Shown: positions 1 to 9,994 of the stretch, piece after piece
Layout: every line of letters starts with the position of its first letter
How positions within the stretch are numbered: the first letter of the stretch is position 1
Translations under genes and position numbers: made by a program
The notes under the pieces: generated by a model
The model's database searches: none
Told to the model about the DNA's origin: nothing
Seen by the model: only the letters and a program-made list of their open reading frames with translations
From: Patescibacteria group bacterium
Lineage (GTDB): Bacteria; Patescibacteriota; Patescibacteriia; UM-FILTER-42-10
Direction: 5' to 3'
Assembly: GCA_041666845.1 (NCBI GenBank)
Contig: JBAYGC010000006.1
Location: 6 to 64,005, forward strand
DNA: 64,000 nt

Positions 1-55
1 CGAGTATAGTATATCATTTTTTGGCTATTTTTGCAACAAATTACTCAAAAGGGCA

Positions 56-84
56 TTGACAAAATGCTGTTTTAGGTATATACT
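56..84 (+). promoter_or_regulatory. sigma70-like promoter (TTGACA - 17 bp - TATACT) in front of the GC-rich lipoprotein gene
   Basis: TTGACA at 56-61, 17-nt spacer, TATACT at 79-84. An SD (GGAGGAG) lies 7 nt before the ATG at 171. Confidence 0.55.
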
Positions 85-170
85 AGCATGTTTCACAATG
101 GCTGATTCTGCAAGAATCCGCCCAAACCTCACTCGGCAACGAGTGGAAACTGCAACCGGAGGAGAATCCG

Positions 171-743
171 ATGAAACGCACACTGCTCATTTACATCCTG
201 GCCATTCTGGCCATCGCCACCCTTACCACCCTCTCCGGCTGCGGTGCTCCCTACATCAACACGTGGACGGCCCCCAACGGGACCTACCACGCCGACATGG
301 GAACGTATCGCCAGTCGCGCAACGCCAAGCTCCTCGTCCACTACGACGGTGCGATCTGGCACAACATCGCCAGGAAGGACTGCGCGGACAACAAGAAGCC
401 GTACATCCTCCGCAAGACCGACACCGAATTCATGGTGGAGGTCGGACACCCGAAGAAGTTCGTCGGTACTGTGATCTCGGTGGAGGTCTGGCTCGATGAC
501 ATCGGCCCGATCCAGGCGCAGGGACGATCGGACGGGAAGTACTACTTCACCGTCAGCACCCGCGATTCGCGAGTGAGTGGCCTCTGGGCTCGTTTCGACG
601 GCCTGTCGCCCGGCTATCACGTCATCACCGCCAGGATTGCCTGGCAGCACACGCGCGGGCCCTACTACGATGGTCCGGCGAGCGAAGATTTCGTGCAGAT
701 CGTCGAAGGTTGGGTCGAATTCGACCCGTGGCACATTCGTTGA
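171..743 (+). CDS. Lipoprotein of unknown function, encoded in a GC-rich island (signal peptide plus LSGC lipobox)
   Basis: 190-aa ORF. N-terminus MKRTLLIYILAILAIATLTTLSGC is a classic lipoprotein signal. Strong third-codon-position G/C bias in this frame, and strong SD. The gene is about 60-65% GC by eye, against an AT-rich background. Confidence 0.6.
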   Translation: MKRTLLIYILAILAIATLTTLSGCGAPYINTWTAPNGTYHADMGTYRQSRNAKLLVHYDGAIWHNIARKDCADNKKPYILRKTDTEFMVEVGHPKKFVGTVISVEVWLDDIGPIQAQGRSDGKYYFTVSTRDSRVSGLWARFDGLSPGYHVITARIAWQHTRGPYYDGPASEDFVQIVEGWVEFDPWHIR

Positions 744-768
744 TCGCTGAGAAGCGGTCGTGGATATC

Positions 769-812
769 GGGGGAGCTTGTAACATCCGTTGCAAGCTCCC
801 CCACCCCTTTCT
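769..812 (+). terminator. Hairpin terminator candidate downstream of the GC-island lipoprotein gene
   Basis: 11-bp perfect stem gggggagcttg (769-779) / caagctccccc (792-802), followed by a cccTTTcTT tract. Confidence 0.45.
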
Positions 813-925
813 TAAAATATTACTGACTTAAAATGAATGTCAGTTTTTTTGTATTCTAATTTGACTATTATCAAAAAATGAATGAACATTGAAGTAGTGA
901 TGGATCCTCGAGCAGGAGGAAACCC

Positions 926-1075
926 ATGTTAGTACCAATCATTCTAATCCTCGTGCTTGCCGCAATCCCCGCCAGGATTTTCTGGCGACACTTCAGCGAG
1001 TTGTCGCCGGAAGATCAACAAACCGTCCTTCGCGAAATCAGCGAAGACAATGCTACTCACAGCACATTCCTCTGA
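926..1075 (+). CDS. Small (49 aa) membrane protein candidate
   Basis: ATG at 926 is preceded by AGGAGGA with 6-nt spacing. N-terminal hydrophobic helix MLVPIILILVLAAIPA. A terminator hairpin follows immediately. Not in the ORF track because it is under 60 aa. Confidence 0.35.
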   Translation: MLVPIILILVLAAIPARIFWRHFSELSPEDQQTVLREISEDNATHSTFL

Positions 1076-1076
1076 A

Positions 1077-1110
1077 GGATGATCCGCAATCGTTTCATCC
1101 TTTTTTATTT
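1077..1110 (+). terminator. Intrinsic terminator
   Basis: Stem ggatga (1077-1082) / tcatcc (1095-1100), followed by tttttt at 1101-1106. Confidence 0.55.
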
Positions 1111-1115
1111 TCATC

Positions 1116-1144
1116 TTGCCAAAATTACAAAAGTGTGCTACAAT
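1116..1144 (+). promoter_or_regulatory. corA promoter (TTGCCA - 17 bp - TGcTACAAT, extended -10)
   Basis: TTGCCA at 1116-1121 and TACAAT at 1139-1144, preceded by TGc. Confidence 0.5.
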
Positions 1145-1173
1145 ATAATCATATTAAAATAAAAATCATATGA

Positions 1174-1254
1174 ATCCCGTTAGAAATCGAAGTCTTAGCG
1201 GGATGGTGGTTGAAATTAGTTTAACAAACATAAAAATTAATTTCTAACGGGATG
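1174..1254 (+). promoter_or_regulatory. 5'-UTR stem sequestering the corA translation start (candidate riboregulator)
   Basis: Perfect 14-nt inverted repeat atcccgttagaaat (1174-1187) / atttctaacgggat (1240-1253). The 3' arm covers the RBS region and the first two nucleotides of the ATG at 1252. Confidence 0.45.
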
Positions 1255-2181
1255 AATATCCACGAGATAAAAACAAAAAACCTCCGCTGGATTAATGTTG
1301 TTAATCCGGCCCAGGAAGAGATCGATTACCTGCGCGATCAGTTCGGTTTTCATCCGCTGGCATTGGAAGATTGTATTACACCGACCCATCGATCAAAGAT
1401 TGACGATTATGAGAAGTACTACTTCATGGTGCTTCTTTTTCCTTTATACGACAAAAAAGCGCGTCAAATCAGACCGGCAGAAGTCCACTTTTTTATCAGT
1501 AATGACTATATTGTCACAATTCACAACAATGAACTCCCTCCCCTAGTCGAATCTTTCCGGGTTTGTCAGACTAACCAGGAAACCAGAAAAAAGCATTTTG
1601 ATCAATCGGTGGAAATGTTACTTTACTATATTTTGGAAAAATTACTGCTGTCCATACATCCGATGCTTGACCATATCAGTCTGGATATTGATAACAGTGA
1701 AAAAGAGATATTTTCCGGCAATGAAAAAAAGATGGTGGAGGAAATATTGATTATCCGGCGCAGTATTACTGATTTCAGAAAAATCATGCAGGTCCACAAA
1801 AATACCCTGCAAAAACTGACCGCCTGGCTTCAGGCCAACGAAAGCTATGCCATAACCAAAAATGATGACATGCACTACAGTAATCTGATCGACCATACCA
1901 AGGAATTCTGGGATGCCCTGGGCGGATACAAAGAAGCGGTTGAAACATTGCAGGATACAAATGAATCCCTGATTTCGCACCGGATTAATGATATTATGAA
2001 AACACTGACTATTATTTCTCTGACGATTTTTCCTGTTGGCATAATAGCCGGTTTCTTCGGGATGAACATGAAAAATATTCCATTTGATCATAATCCATAT
2101 GGATTTTGGATCATGGTGGCAATCAGTATCGCAGTAATGGCTTCAGTCGCCCTGTACGTTAAAAAAAAGAAATGGCTTTAA
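1252..2181 (+). CDS. corA: Magnesium/cobalt transporter CorA
   Basis: 309 aa. The C-terminus has two TM helices and the GMN motif (FGMNMKNIPF). The N-terminal cytoplasmic domain is typical of CorA. Confidence 0.9.
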   Translation: MNIHEIKTKNLRWINVVNPAQEEIDYLRDQFGFHPLALEDCITPTHRSKIDDYEKYYFMVLLFPLYDKKARQIRPAEVHFFISNDYIVTIHNNELPPLVESFRVCQTNQETRKKHFDQSVEMLLYYILEKLLLSIHPMLDHISLDIDNSEKEIFSGNEKKMVEEILIIRRSITDFRKIMQVHKNTLQKLTAWLQANESYAITKNDDMHYSNLIDHTKEFWDALGGYKEAVETLQDTNESLISHRINDIMKTLTIISLTIFPVGIIAGFFGMNMKNIPFDHNPYGFWIMVAISIAVMASVALYVKKKKWL

Positions 2182-2394
2182 ATCTTTTATTAATTCAAAT
2201 TATTATTTAAATACTATGGTAAATACAAATCAAACACAAACCATAACCAAGCAAAAAACATCCGAGCAGCTTTCGATGAAAGTTGATCAGATCATTACTT
2301 TGCTGACTTTTACCGCTGTCGCCGCATCATTTTTTGCCGCGGCAATCATTCTGACTTCATATAACATAGCTAAGTAATTACAAAGATTTTTAAT

Positions 2395-3372
2395 ATGGCC
2401 TCAGATCCAATATATTTTTTCATTGCGATTATCATAATCGTCTCCATCGGTCTTTTCCTATGGTATGGCAGACAAAGAAGCCAGGAAAAGAACGGATCAA
2501 TTCTAGCAAAGTATTCGCGCGATCTCACTGCCCTAGCCGAGAACGGCAAGCTTGATCCGGTAATCGGCCGTTATCATGAGTTAAAACGCGTTATCCAAAT
2601 TCTATCCAGACGTACAAAAAACAATCCAGTATTGATTGGACCGTCCGGCGTGGGCAAGACCGCGATTGTGGAAGAATTAGCCAATGAAATAAGAAATAAC
2701 AATGTCCCCAGCTCACTGAAAAATAAGCGCGTTTTAGCTTTGGATCTGTCCGGATTGGTTGCTGGTACAAAATACCGCGGTGAATTTGAACAGCGCTTAA
2801 AAGGAATTGTCGACGAAATAAAAGACGCGGAACGCAACATTATTCTCTTTATAGACGAACTGCAGACGCTGGCAGAAGCCGGCGAAGCAACCGGCGCCAT
2901 CGACGCGTCTGATATCCTGAAACCGGCACTGGCACGGGGTGAACTGCAAGCGGTTGGTGCAACTACCGAAGAAGAGTACATAAAATATATTAAAACAGAC
3001 CCAACATTAGAAAGACGCTTCCAGCCGGTGATGGTCAATGAACCAAGCATCAATGACACACTGATGATACTGAAGGGAATCAGAGGTAACTATGAAACGC
3101 ATCACAATGTAAAAATTACGGACGAAGCAGTCGAAGCGGCTGTAGATCTGGCGGATGAATACCTGAAAGACCGGTTCTTCCCGGATAAAGCGATTGATAT
3201 TATGGACGAGGCGGCCGCTAAAGTGCGCCTGTCAGCAATAACTAATCCGATCGAAGGTGAAAAATTGCCGGAAGTGACCGCGGAAGATGTCAAGGAAGTG
3301 ATTAATGAATGGACCAACGAACTGATTACCTATAAAGCGAACGGGAGTAATTCTGAACAATCAAAAAAATGA
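2395..3372 (+). CDS. Membrane-anchored AAA+ ATPase with only a ClpB/ClpA D1-type nucleotide-binding domain
   Basis: An N-terminal TM helix, then [15 protein letters not shown] (Walker A), ILFIDELQT (Walker B) and [11 protein letters not shown]. The sequence aligns with ClpB NBD1 from memory. It ends after the D1 small domain, so there is no M-domain and no D2. The stop codon overlaps the cysS start. Confidence 0.75.
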   Translation: MASDPIYFFIAIIIIVSIGLFLWYGRQRSQEKNGSILAKYSRDLTALAENGKLDPVIGRYHELKRVIQILSRRTKNNPVLIGPSGVGKTAIVEELANEIRNNNVPSSLKNKRVLALDLSGLVAGTKYRGEFEQRLKGIVDEIKDAERNIILFIDELQTLAEAGEATGAIDASDILKPALARGELQAVGATTEEEYIKYIKTDPTLERRFQPVMVNEPSINDTLMILKGIRGNYETHHNVKITDEAVEAAVDLADEYLKDRFFPDKAIDIMDEAAAKVRLSAITNPIEGEKLPEVTAEDVKEVINEWTNELITYKANGSNSEQSKK

Positions 3373-4760
3373 AGCTAAGGCTTTTTAATACACTTTCCAG
3401 AAAAAAAGAAACCTTCAAACCTCTGAAAGATTCAGAGGTCGGTTTATATACCTGCGGTCCGACGGTATATAATTATGCACATATCGGAAACCTAAGAACT
3501 TATGTGTTTGAAGATATTCTGCGAAGAACGCTGGAGTATAACAGGTTTAAGGTAAAGCATGTCATGAATATCACCGACGTCGGACACCTGGTTTCGGATG
3601 CGGACACTGGAGAGGATAAAATGGAAAAACGGGCGAAGCTGGAAAAAAAGACCGTCTGGGAAATAGCAGAGCATTACACCACGGCATTTAAAAGCAACAT
3701 GTCAGATCTGAACATTACAGAACCCGTAATCTGGTGCAAGGCCACTGACCATATTAAAGAACAGATTGATCTGATAAAAAAACTGGAAGAAAAGGAATTT
3801 ACCTATACTATTGACGACGGGGTCTATTTTGATACAAGCAAATTTGATAGTTACGGACAAATGGCCCGGCTCGATATTAAAGCACAAAAGGCCGGTGCCA
3901 GAGTGGCAGTCGCGGAAGGCAAAAAAAGCCCGAACGATTTTGCCTTATGGAAATTTTCACCGGACCCTGCCAAAGGCGAGCCGAAACGCCAGATGGAATG
4001 GGAATCACCATGGGGAATTGGTTTCCCCGGCTGGCATCTGGAATGCTCCGCAATGGCCGTAAAATATCTGGGACAGCCTTTTGATATTCATTGCGGGGGC
4101 GTGGATCATATCCCTGTTCACCATACCAATGAAATTGCACAAAGCGAAGCGGCAAATGAAAGAAAACTGGCCAATTACTGGCTGCATGGCGAATTTCTGA
4201 TTCTGAAGGACGAAAAAATGGCCAAGTCAAAAGGTAATTTTATTACTTTAGAAACTTTGAAAGAAAAAGGAATCAATCCCCTGTCCTTACGCTATTTACT
4301 ACTAACCACCCATTACCGTTCCAAACTTATTTTCAACTGGACAAACCTGGAAGGTGCCAACACCGCGCTTGATTCTATTTACCGGCAAATGGCAGAACTG
4401 AACGGTTCCAGCCCAGTAGTCAATGAGGGTTTTAAAGAGCAATTTGAAGATGCAATTAATGATGATCTGAACATGCCAAAAGCACTGGCACTGGTCTGGA
4501 AAATTTTTAAAGGAAGCCTCCCGGCAGGTGCAAAAAAGGGGACGTTACTGGAATTTGATAAAGTACTTGGGTTAGGTCTTGATAAACTAGACCAAATTGA
4601 AGAGACGCCAAAGCTCGTCAAAAATCTGGCAACTAAAAGGGAGCACGCACGTATAGCCAAAGATTTTACGGAAGCGGATAAATTAAGAGCGGAAATTGAA
4701 GCTGCAGGATATATTGTCACTGACACGGCTTTGGGGCCAAAGATTTCTAAAAAGAACTAA
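3369..4760 (+). CDS. cysS: Cysteinyl-tRNA synthetase
   Basis: HIGN-type motif ([16 protein letters not shown]), KMAKSKGN (KMSKS) and Zn-binding Cys/His residues. 463 aa. Confidence 0.95.
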   Translation: MKLRLFNTLSRKKETFKPLKDSEVGLYTCGPTVYNYAHIGNLRTYVFEDILRRTLEYNRFKVKHVMNITDVGHLVSDADTGEDKMEKRAKLEKKTVWEIAEHYTTAFKSNMSDLNITEPVIWCKATDHIKEQIDLIKKLEEKEFTYTIDDGVYFDTSKFDSYGQMARLDIKAQKAGARVAVAEGKKSPNDFALWKFSPDPAKGEPKRQMEWESPWGIGFPGWHLECSAMAVKYLGQPFDIHCGGVDHIPVHHTNEIAQSEAANERKLANYWLHGEFLILKDEKMAKSKGNFITLETLKEKGINPLSLRYLLLTTHYRSKLIFNWTNLEGANTALDSIYRQMAELNGSSPVVNEGFKEQFEDAINDDLNMPKALALVWKIFKGSLPAGAKKGTLLEFDKVLGLGLDKLDQIEETPKLVKNLATKREHARIAKDFTEADKLRAEIEAAGYIVTDTALGPKISKKN

Positions 4761-5320
4761 TGCTATTACTCGATCTGGATCAGCTAATTTTCGAAAAGAT
4801 TTATCAGGCTATTCCTCATAACCTGTTTTTTGATTGGTTTTTTCTGTTACTTACCACAATTGCCCATCCGAAAATAATCTGGTTTCCTTTAATCATCCTG
4901 TTTCTAATATTTTATAAACAACATAAAGGCTGGATGTTCTTTGAATCCGCGATCGCCATCGGTATCGGTGTCGTAGTGAATGAATATATTATTAAAAATA
5001 TTTTTGCACGCTTAAGACCTTTTGAATTCTACGACTGGGTCACCACCATCGACCACACTGCCACCGGATATTCCTTTCCGTCGAGCCACGCACTGGTCGC
5101 GTTCAGTTTTGCAGTTGTGGTAATTCTGAACACAAAGCAAAAATGGCTGCATAATTTATTGATTGTTATTGCCGTTTTGGTTTGCCTTTCCCGTATCTAT
5201 TTGGGAGTACATTTCCCCGGTGATGTAATTGCTGGAGCCATAATCGGTACTCTACTGGGCTGGTTGTCCTCAACATTTCTGCCACGCTTTTATAAAGCTT
5301 TATTCCACAAACAAATATAA
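4760..5320 (+). CDS. PAP2-family phosphatase (undecaprenyl-diphosphatase-like), integral membrane
   Basis: PAP2 signature motifs SFPSSHA and RIYLGVHFPGDV. Multiple TM segments. Confidence 0.8.
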   Translation: MLLLDLDQLIFEKIYQAIPHNLFFDWFFLLLTTIAHPKIIWFPLIILFLIFYKQHKGWMFFESAIAIGIGVVVNEYIIKNIFARLRPFEFYDWVTTIDHTATGYSFPSSHALVAFSFAVVVILNTKQKWLHNLLIVIAVLVCLSRIYLGVHFPGDVIAGAIIGTLLGWLSSTFLPRFYKALFHKQI

Positions 5321-5369
5321 TCCTGTCAAACAAAAAACCCGCACTAATCAAGCCGGATTTTTTTATATT

Positions 5370-5939
5370 CTAAATATCGTATTTATATCTTTTCTTCGCA
5401 GCCGCTCCGCCTTTGATCATGATCATCAGCAGTATCGGCGCCAAGACCCAGATAAACTGACTGATTTCCAAAGTAAATAATGTCTTAGTCAACGGAGCTA
5501 ATCCATCTAGTGCCGATTTCGGCAGGAATGACAGGGTGATACTGATCAAAAGTCCGACGTGCATAATACTGAAAACAATTACTTGCCACCATTTTCCCCG
5601 TTCATCTGAACTGGCGACGGTAGAGATTAATGCAGACCGGGAAAGCATAAAAAATAATGCAACAAAAACAGCTACAAAGGCTGTTATTTTAACCACAAAG
5701 AATTGATTCACACCGATCTCGCCGGTAGTATCCCCCAAAAACGGGGCGGTATTGATTACGGCCATGGCCATATAGATACTGATCAGGATTACGATGATCC
5801 GATCACGACCCAGTGACATGCCATACAGCAGAGCAGCGATGACAAAAAACAGGATAATAAAGAGGTCCCAGGTTGGTTCTGACCAGTCAAAATTCGCTAC
5901 CCATGAACCGGTGTCTGCTACAACTGTTGCGAAAAACAT
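5370..5939 (-). CDS. Integral membrane protein, unknown function
   Basis: 189 aa with 5-6 hydrophobic helices and no recognisable motif. Confidence 0.55.
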   Translation of the reverse strand: MFFATVVADTGSWVANFDWSEPTWDLFIILFFVIAALLYGMSLGRDRIIVILISIYMAMAVINTAPFLGDTTGEIGVNQFFVVKITAFVAVFVALFFMLSRSALISTVASSDERGKWWQVIVFSIMHVGLLISITLSFLPKSALDGLAPLTKTLFTLEISQFIWVLAPILLMIMIKGGAAAKKRYKYDI

Positions 5940-6045
5940 TGTATTACTCCCCCTTTTGTTTTATTTTAGCTGATTACTTTGTAAGTATAACACAAAAACA
6001 ATAAATAGGCAATCGCGATACCTATATTACTGTGGATAAACTGAA

Positions 6046-7131
6046 TTAATCCAGTTTTTGCAGATTTTCCAGCAATTCACGCTGTTTTCGGGACAATTTT
6101 TCCGGTGTTTTAACAATTACTTCAACCAGTTGGTCGCCTCTACCACGGGCATTTAAGTGCGGGATTCCCTTATCTTTAATTTTGAAAACTTTGCCGGATT
6201 GCGTTCCTGCCGGAATTTTTAATTGGCCTTCACCGTCCAATGTATTTACGGCAATTTTATCCCCCAATGCCGCCTGCGCAAAACTGATTTCCGACACGGA
6301 AAAAACATTGTCGCCGTCCCGCTGAAATTCATGATGTGGCATTACCCGGATAGCAACATATAAATCCCCCGCCTGGTTTCCGCGCTGACCTGCTTCCCCT
6401 TCGCCAGAAAGGCGGATGGACTGCCCGTTATTTATTCCTGCAGGTATTTTTATCTTAATGCGTTTACTAGCACGTTCTACGCCAGTGCCTCTGCAGTTTG
6501 TACATTTGTCTTTAATGGTTTTTCCTTCGCCTTTGCATTCCGGACACACACCGCGGGTTCGGATCTGGCCTAATATAGTTCTCTGCAACTGATCCACCTG
6601 ACCGGAACCTTTGCACATCGGACATTCCACAATCCCGCTGGAGCTTTCCGCTCCGGAACCGCTGCATTTTTCACAAGATATAGTTTTATATAGCTCCACG
6701 GTTTTTTCCGCACCGAACGCCGCTTCTTCAAAAGATACCTGCATTTCTGTTTCAATATCCATGCCTCGCTGCTGGCGCGCGCTGGCTCTGGAACGGCCTC
6801 CGCCGAAGAAGTCGCCGAAGATATCGCCCAGATCGCCAAAGTCAAAATTAATCCCGTCCGCTCCGCCGAACCCCGCCTGCCGGGGATCAAATCCGGCGCC
6901 ACCACCAAATCCGCCTTGTTGGTCAAAGGCAGATCCAAATTGGTCGTACTGTTTACGCTTATCTTCCTTGGACAGCACTTGGTAAGCCTGGTTTAATTCC
7001 TTAAACTTAGCTTCATCACCGGTATTTTTGTCCGGATGATACTGGTGCGCTTTTTTCCGGAATGCTTTTTTTATTTCATCCTGTGAAGCGTCTTTCGCTA
7101 CGCCTAAAATCTCATAGTAATCTGTTGCCAT
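6046..7131 (-). CDS. dnaJ: Chaperone DnaJ
   Basis: J-domain (YYEILGV...HPDKN), a G/F-rich region and four CxxCxGxG zinc-finger repeats. Confidence 0.95.
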   Translation of the reverse strand: MATDYYEILGVAKDASQDEIKKAFRKKAHQYHPDKNTGDEAKFKELNQAYQVLSKEDKRKQYDQFGSAFDQQGGFGGGAGFDPRQAGFGGADGINFDFGDLGDIFGDFFGGGRSRASARQQRGMDIETEMQVSFEEAAFGAEKTVELYKTISCEKCSGSGAESSSGIVECPMCKGSGQVDQLQRTILGQIRTRGVCPECKGEGKTIKDKCTNCRGTGVERASKRIKIKIPAGINNGQSIRLSGEGEAGQRGNQAGDLYVAIRVMPHHEFQRDGDNVFSVSEISFAQAALGDKIAVNTLDGEGQLKIPAGTQSGKVFKIKDKGIPHLNARGRGDQLVEVIVKTPEKLSRKQRELLENLQKLD

Positions 7132-7143
7132 AATCCTTTCTTC

Positions 7144-8286
7144 CTATTCTCCCATTATTAAAACATCAACATCTTTCTTTTCCTGCGTGACCCGCACGAA
7201 TTTGACTGCAAATAGAATCATGAAAATCAAGGATGTAAACGAATTGATTAAAGTCAGAAAAACAAATCCAAATAAATTTAAGGCAAAAAACAAGCTTAAT
7301 GCCAGAAGCGGCGTGATAAAATCCTCATATGGCCCCAGAAACTGGAACGCATATTTACGGATGATCTTGGCCATCACTTCCGACAACTTATCAGAACCTT
7401 CCGCCTCAATACCGATGCTTTTGATGAACTCATCGCGAGCCCCGGTAATCTGTTCCTGAAATATACTTTGGACAAATGCAGATGATACTAAAGTATCCGC
7501 AGATAATGTTTCACTATACAGATTGTCACGTATTTCCGGCGGTAGGGCGTTAATATCCACTTCACCGCTCTGAACCTTGTTCCGCAGGTCGTCAATTAGC
7601 GCCTGTCCTTCCTCAACCTTCGGGTTGTTAAACGAATCTTCCAGCTCCTCATTCAGCTGACCGCTGATATCCTCCACTACGCCGGCGCTGATTTCAAAGA
7701 TAAACTGATCCAGCGTTTTATCCGGATCATAACCCTTGATTTGGGTGGGAATAATTTCGTTGGATATATTGGTAGTGCTTATAATCAGGGAATCTATTGC
7801 TTGCCGTCCGTTATCCCGATCCTGGGTCGTAGTCACGAAATAGTAAAGCATGGAAATAGATAGTGCCATTGCCAGCACCACCCCACCGATTCCCCAGTGC
7901 ATAATCTTGTACAAAGAAAACTTGATTCTTCCTTTCACCTCGTTGTGCGTCCGGTGCGCGTAATACACGAAGATTATTATCTGCAAAAGGGAAATAATCA
8001 GGAGCCATGGTGAAAAAGGGAAAAAGAAGAGCATCGGCATGCTGGAGAGAATCCAGATCGGCAGTTGGATTACTTCTTTCTTCACTACAATCGCGGTTGT
8101 ACTTACCAAAGCCAGATAAAAACAAAAAGCAATTACTGGGAAAATCAGCCGAAGCAACATCTGCCAGATGGAGAGGTTCTGTCCGGACCATTCCAGATTG
8201 AAAACCGTCGACAAAGCATACCAAGCCAGCACGCTGGCCAGTACGGTCAGCACGCCTAAAATAGCTATTTTAGTATTCTTGGTCAT
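7144..8286 (-). CDS. Polytopic membrane protein, unknown function
   Basis: 380 aa. Hydrophobic N- and C-terminal blocks flank an acidic soluble middle region. It sits directly upstream of dnaJ. Confidence 0.55.
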   Translation of the reverse strand: MTKNTKIAILGVLTVLASVLAWYALSTVFNLEWSGQNLSIWQMLLRLIFPVIAFCFYLALVSTTAIVVKKEVIQLPIWILSSMPMLFFFPFSPWLLIISLLQIIIFVYYAHRTHNEVKGRIKFSLYKIMHWGIGGVVLAMALSISMLYYFVTTTQDRDNGRQAIDSLIISTTNISNEIIPTQIKGYDPDKTLDQFIFEISAGVVEDISGQLNEELEDSFNNPKVEEGQALIDDLRNKVQSGEVDINALPPEIRDNLYSETLSADTLVSSAFVQSIFQEQITGARDEFIKSIGIEAEGSDKLSEVMAKIIRKYAFQFLGPYEDFITPLLALSLFFALNLFGFVFLTLINSFTSLIFMILFAVKFVRVTQEKKDVDVLIMGE

Positions 8287-8303
8287 GGTTTTGTTTTATT
8301 TAA

Positions 8304-8624
8304 TTATGCTTTGAAACCAACTTCATCCGCCGGAGCATCCGTAACATCTATTGTACCAAAATTTGTCTCATAACGCTTGACATTATCCTGCAGTGCCAAA
8401 AGAACGCGCTTCATGTGGCCCGGTGAGGTTTTTACCCGGTTGGTAACCACGCCCACGCCTTCCGCCTGGTGGATGTTGATAAAATCAATCGTAAACTCGT
8501 CTTTGGTATGCATGACGCGCATGCTGTTCGCATAGTTCGATCCGGCTAAAATACTTTCCGGGATCTTAATCTGCATTTGTCGCTGTTGCCCTTGTGGGGG
8601 CTGTTGGCTTTGTTGTTGTGGCAT
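8304..8624 (-). CDS. DUF3467-like small protein
   Basis: 106 aa. Q-rich N-terminus. The motifs EFTIDFINI and HMKRVLLALQDNVKRYETNFG match my recollection of the DUF3467 family. Confidence 0.5.
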   Translation of the reverse strand: MPQQQSQQPPQGQQRQMQIKIPESILAGSNYANSMRVMHTKDEFTIDFINIHQAEGVGVVTNRVKTSPGHMKRVLLALQDNVKRYETNFGTIDVTDAPADEVGFKA

Positions 8625-8636
8625 ATTTATTATTAA

Positions 8637-9347
8637 TTAATTAAAAGTTTCTTTCTTTATTTGTTCTAATACATCTTCTCTATACTTTATATTTCGTTCG
8701 TACTCAGTCAATAATATCTCAGGATATGTTGCTGCTATCTTTATGAAATTTTTCTTGTTCGCTTCCATACAATTATCAAAATATTTACCTTTTTCATTAT
8801 CTCCCAATCCTTTTATCTCACTATTAATTCTACTTATATACTCAATATATCTCATTGACAACACATCTGAATTATCAACTAGCGATTCGGCACAAATGGG
8901 AATTAGGGTTGGAATAACCTTAAATTTTTCTTCTTTATTTACTACCTCTGAATAAAACATTAGTGACCTAGGAAGATGATAAAAGTTTGTCAGTAAACCC
9001 ACTTTTTTTCCTATTAAGTCTTTATAATATTCATTAAATACAGCAATGAAATTGTGGTGAGAACATGGTAAGGATAGACGCTTTATTATATTTATCTTCT
9101 CATTTCTATTCTTTAAAAAATTTGCCATATCATCAACCTTTTTTGATTGACTTGAATTTTGATCATATCCACCAACTAATATGAACTCCGTATTTTTGTT
9201 AACTTCTGAAAGTTTAAGTGCTGCTTCCATTCTCGTTTGCCCACCCAAATATTGCCCTTTCTCAAATTCAGTAAATTTGCAATCAGTGTCTACAACACTA
9301 GGATTTAGAACAATTATGAAATCATATTTATTCGGTTGATCTGACAT
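8637..9347 (-). CDS. DUF218 (YdcF/ElyC)-like protein
   Basis: DUF218 pattern IIVLN...RMEAALKL...FILVGGYD...VDDMANFL. The gene is very AT-rich (about 30% GC by eye), lower than its neighbours. Confidence 0.45.
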   Translation of the reverse strand: MSDQPNKYDFIIVLNPSVVDTDCKFTEFEKGQYLGGQTRMEAALKLSEVNKNTEFILVGGYDQNSSQSKKVDDMANFLKNRNEKINIIKRLSLPCSHHNFIAVFNEYYKDLIGKKVGLLTNFYHLPRSLMFYSEVVNKEEKFKVIPTLIPICAESLVDNSDVLSMRYIEYISRINSEIKGLGDNEKGKYFDNCMEANKKNFIKIAATYPEILLTEYERNIKYREDVLEQIKKETFN

Positions 9348-9380
9348 GAGTTTTGTAATAACTAGTTAATTATGACTTAC

Positions 9381-9460
9381 AGCAGAGCAAGCTCTGCACC
9401 TACATTTATTTTAGATCAAATATCGAAATATCTGGACGTAGGTGGCGAGCTTGCTCGCCT
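9381..9460. repeat. Long imperfect inverted repeat (23-nt arms, about 34-nt spacer); each arm is itself a perfect 7-bp hairpin
   Basis: agcagagcaagctctgcacctac (9381-9403) versus gtaggtggcgagcttgctcgcct (9438-9460), with 20 of 23 positions complementary. Confidence 0.6.
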
Positions 9461-9515
9461 GATTACTTTTTCTCAATCTCACCCATATCTATTCGCTCTT
9501 TCTCAGAATTGTTAA

Positions 9516-9950
9516 TTACATATTCACGAACTTCTTTGCATCTAAAACAGCTTGCTCTAATTCATTTGCAACTTGGTCAATTATTTGAGGGCATTTTGAA
9601 TCTAAGAATTCCTGATGATATTCTGGCAAAACTTCTTTTGTATAATCAAAGCTCCTTAATGCTTTAACACTATTTTCTACCAATTCAATATATTCTGATG
9701 CTGAAACGGAATCCTTTTTTAAGTGTAATTGGGAAAGCAATCGTTGTAGCTGCGGTTCGTGCCATTCAATTCCATCTACTTGAAAACCAACAGTTGCACC
9801 ATATCCTAACCATTTTACACCACTGCTAAACATGACGTATTCATACATTTTTGCGATACTACTATAAAGACAGCCTTTTATAGTATCTTCATTTGATGAT
9901 TCACTAGATTTCGGACCATCTTCTATTGACATAATATTACTTATCCGCAC
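9516..9950 (-). CDS. Hypothetical protein (144 aa), AT-rich gene
   Basis: ORF with no recognisable motif. It lies between the dnaK 3' structured region and the DUF218 gene. Confidence 0.45.
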   Translation of the reverse strand: MRISNIMSIEDGPKSSESSNEDTIKGCLYSSIAKMYEYVMFSSGVKWLGYGATVGFQVDGIEWHEPQLQRLLSQLHLKKDSVSASEYIELVENSVKALRSFDYTKEVLPEYHQEFLDSKCPQIIDQVANELEQAVLDAKKFVNM

Positions 9951-9994
9951 TTGCGGAAATTAATTATTTTACTTGCAGCGTTAGGCGAAAATGC

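Noticed and set aside
56-794. Three other long ORFs overlapping the GC-rich island at the left edge (56..499 +, 129..794 -, 244..474 +)
   Set aside because: High-GC DNA produces long stop-free frames. Only the 171..743 + frame has strong third-codon-position G/C bias, an SD and a signal peptide/lipobox. The others are low-complexity Arg/Pro/Thr-rich artefacts.
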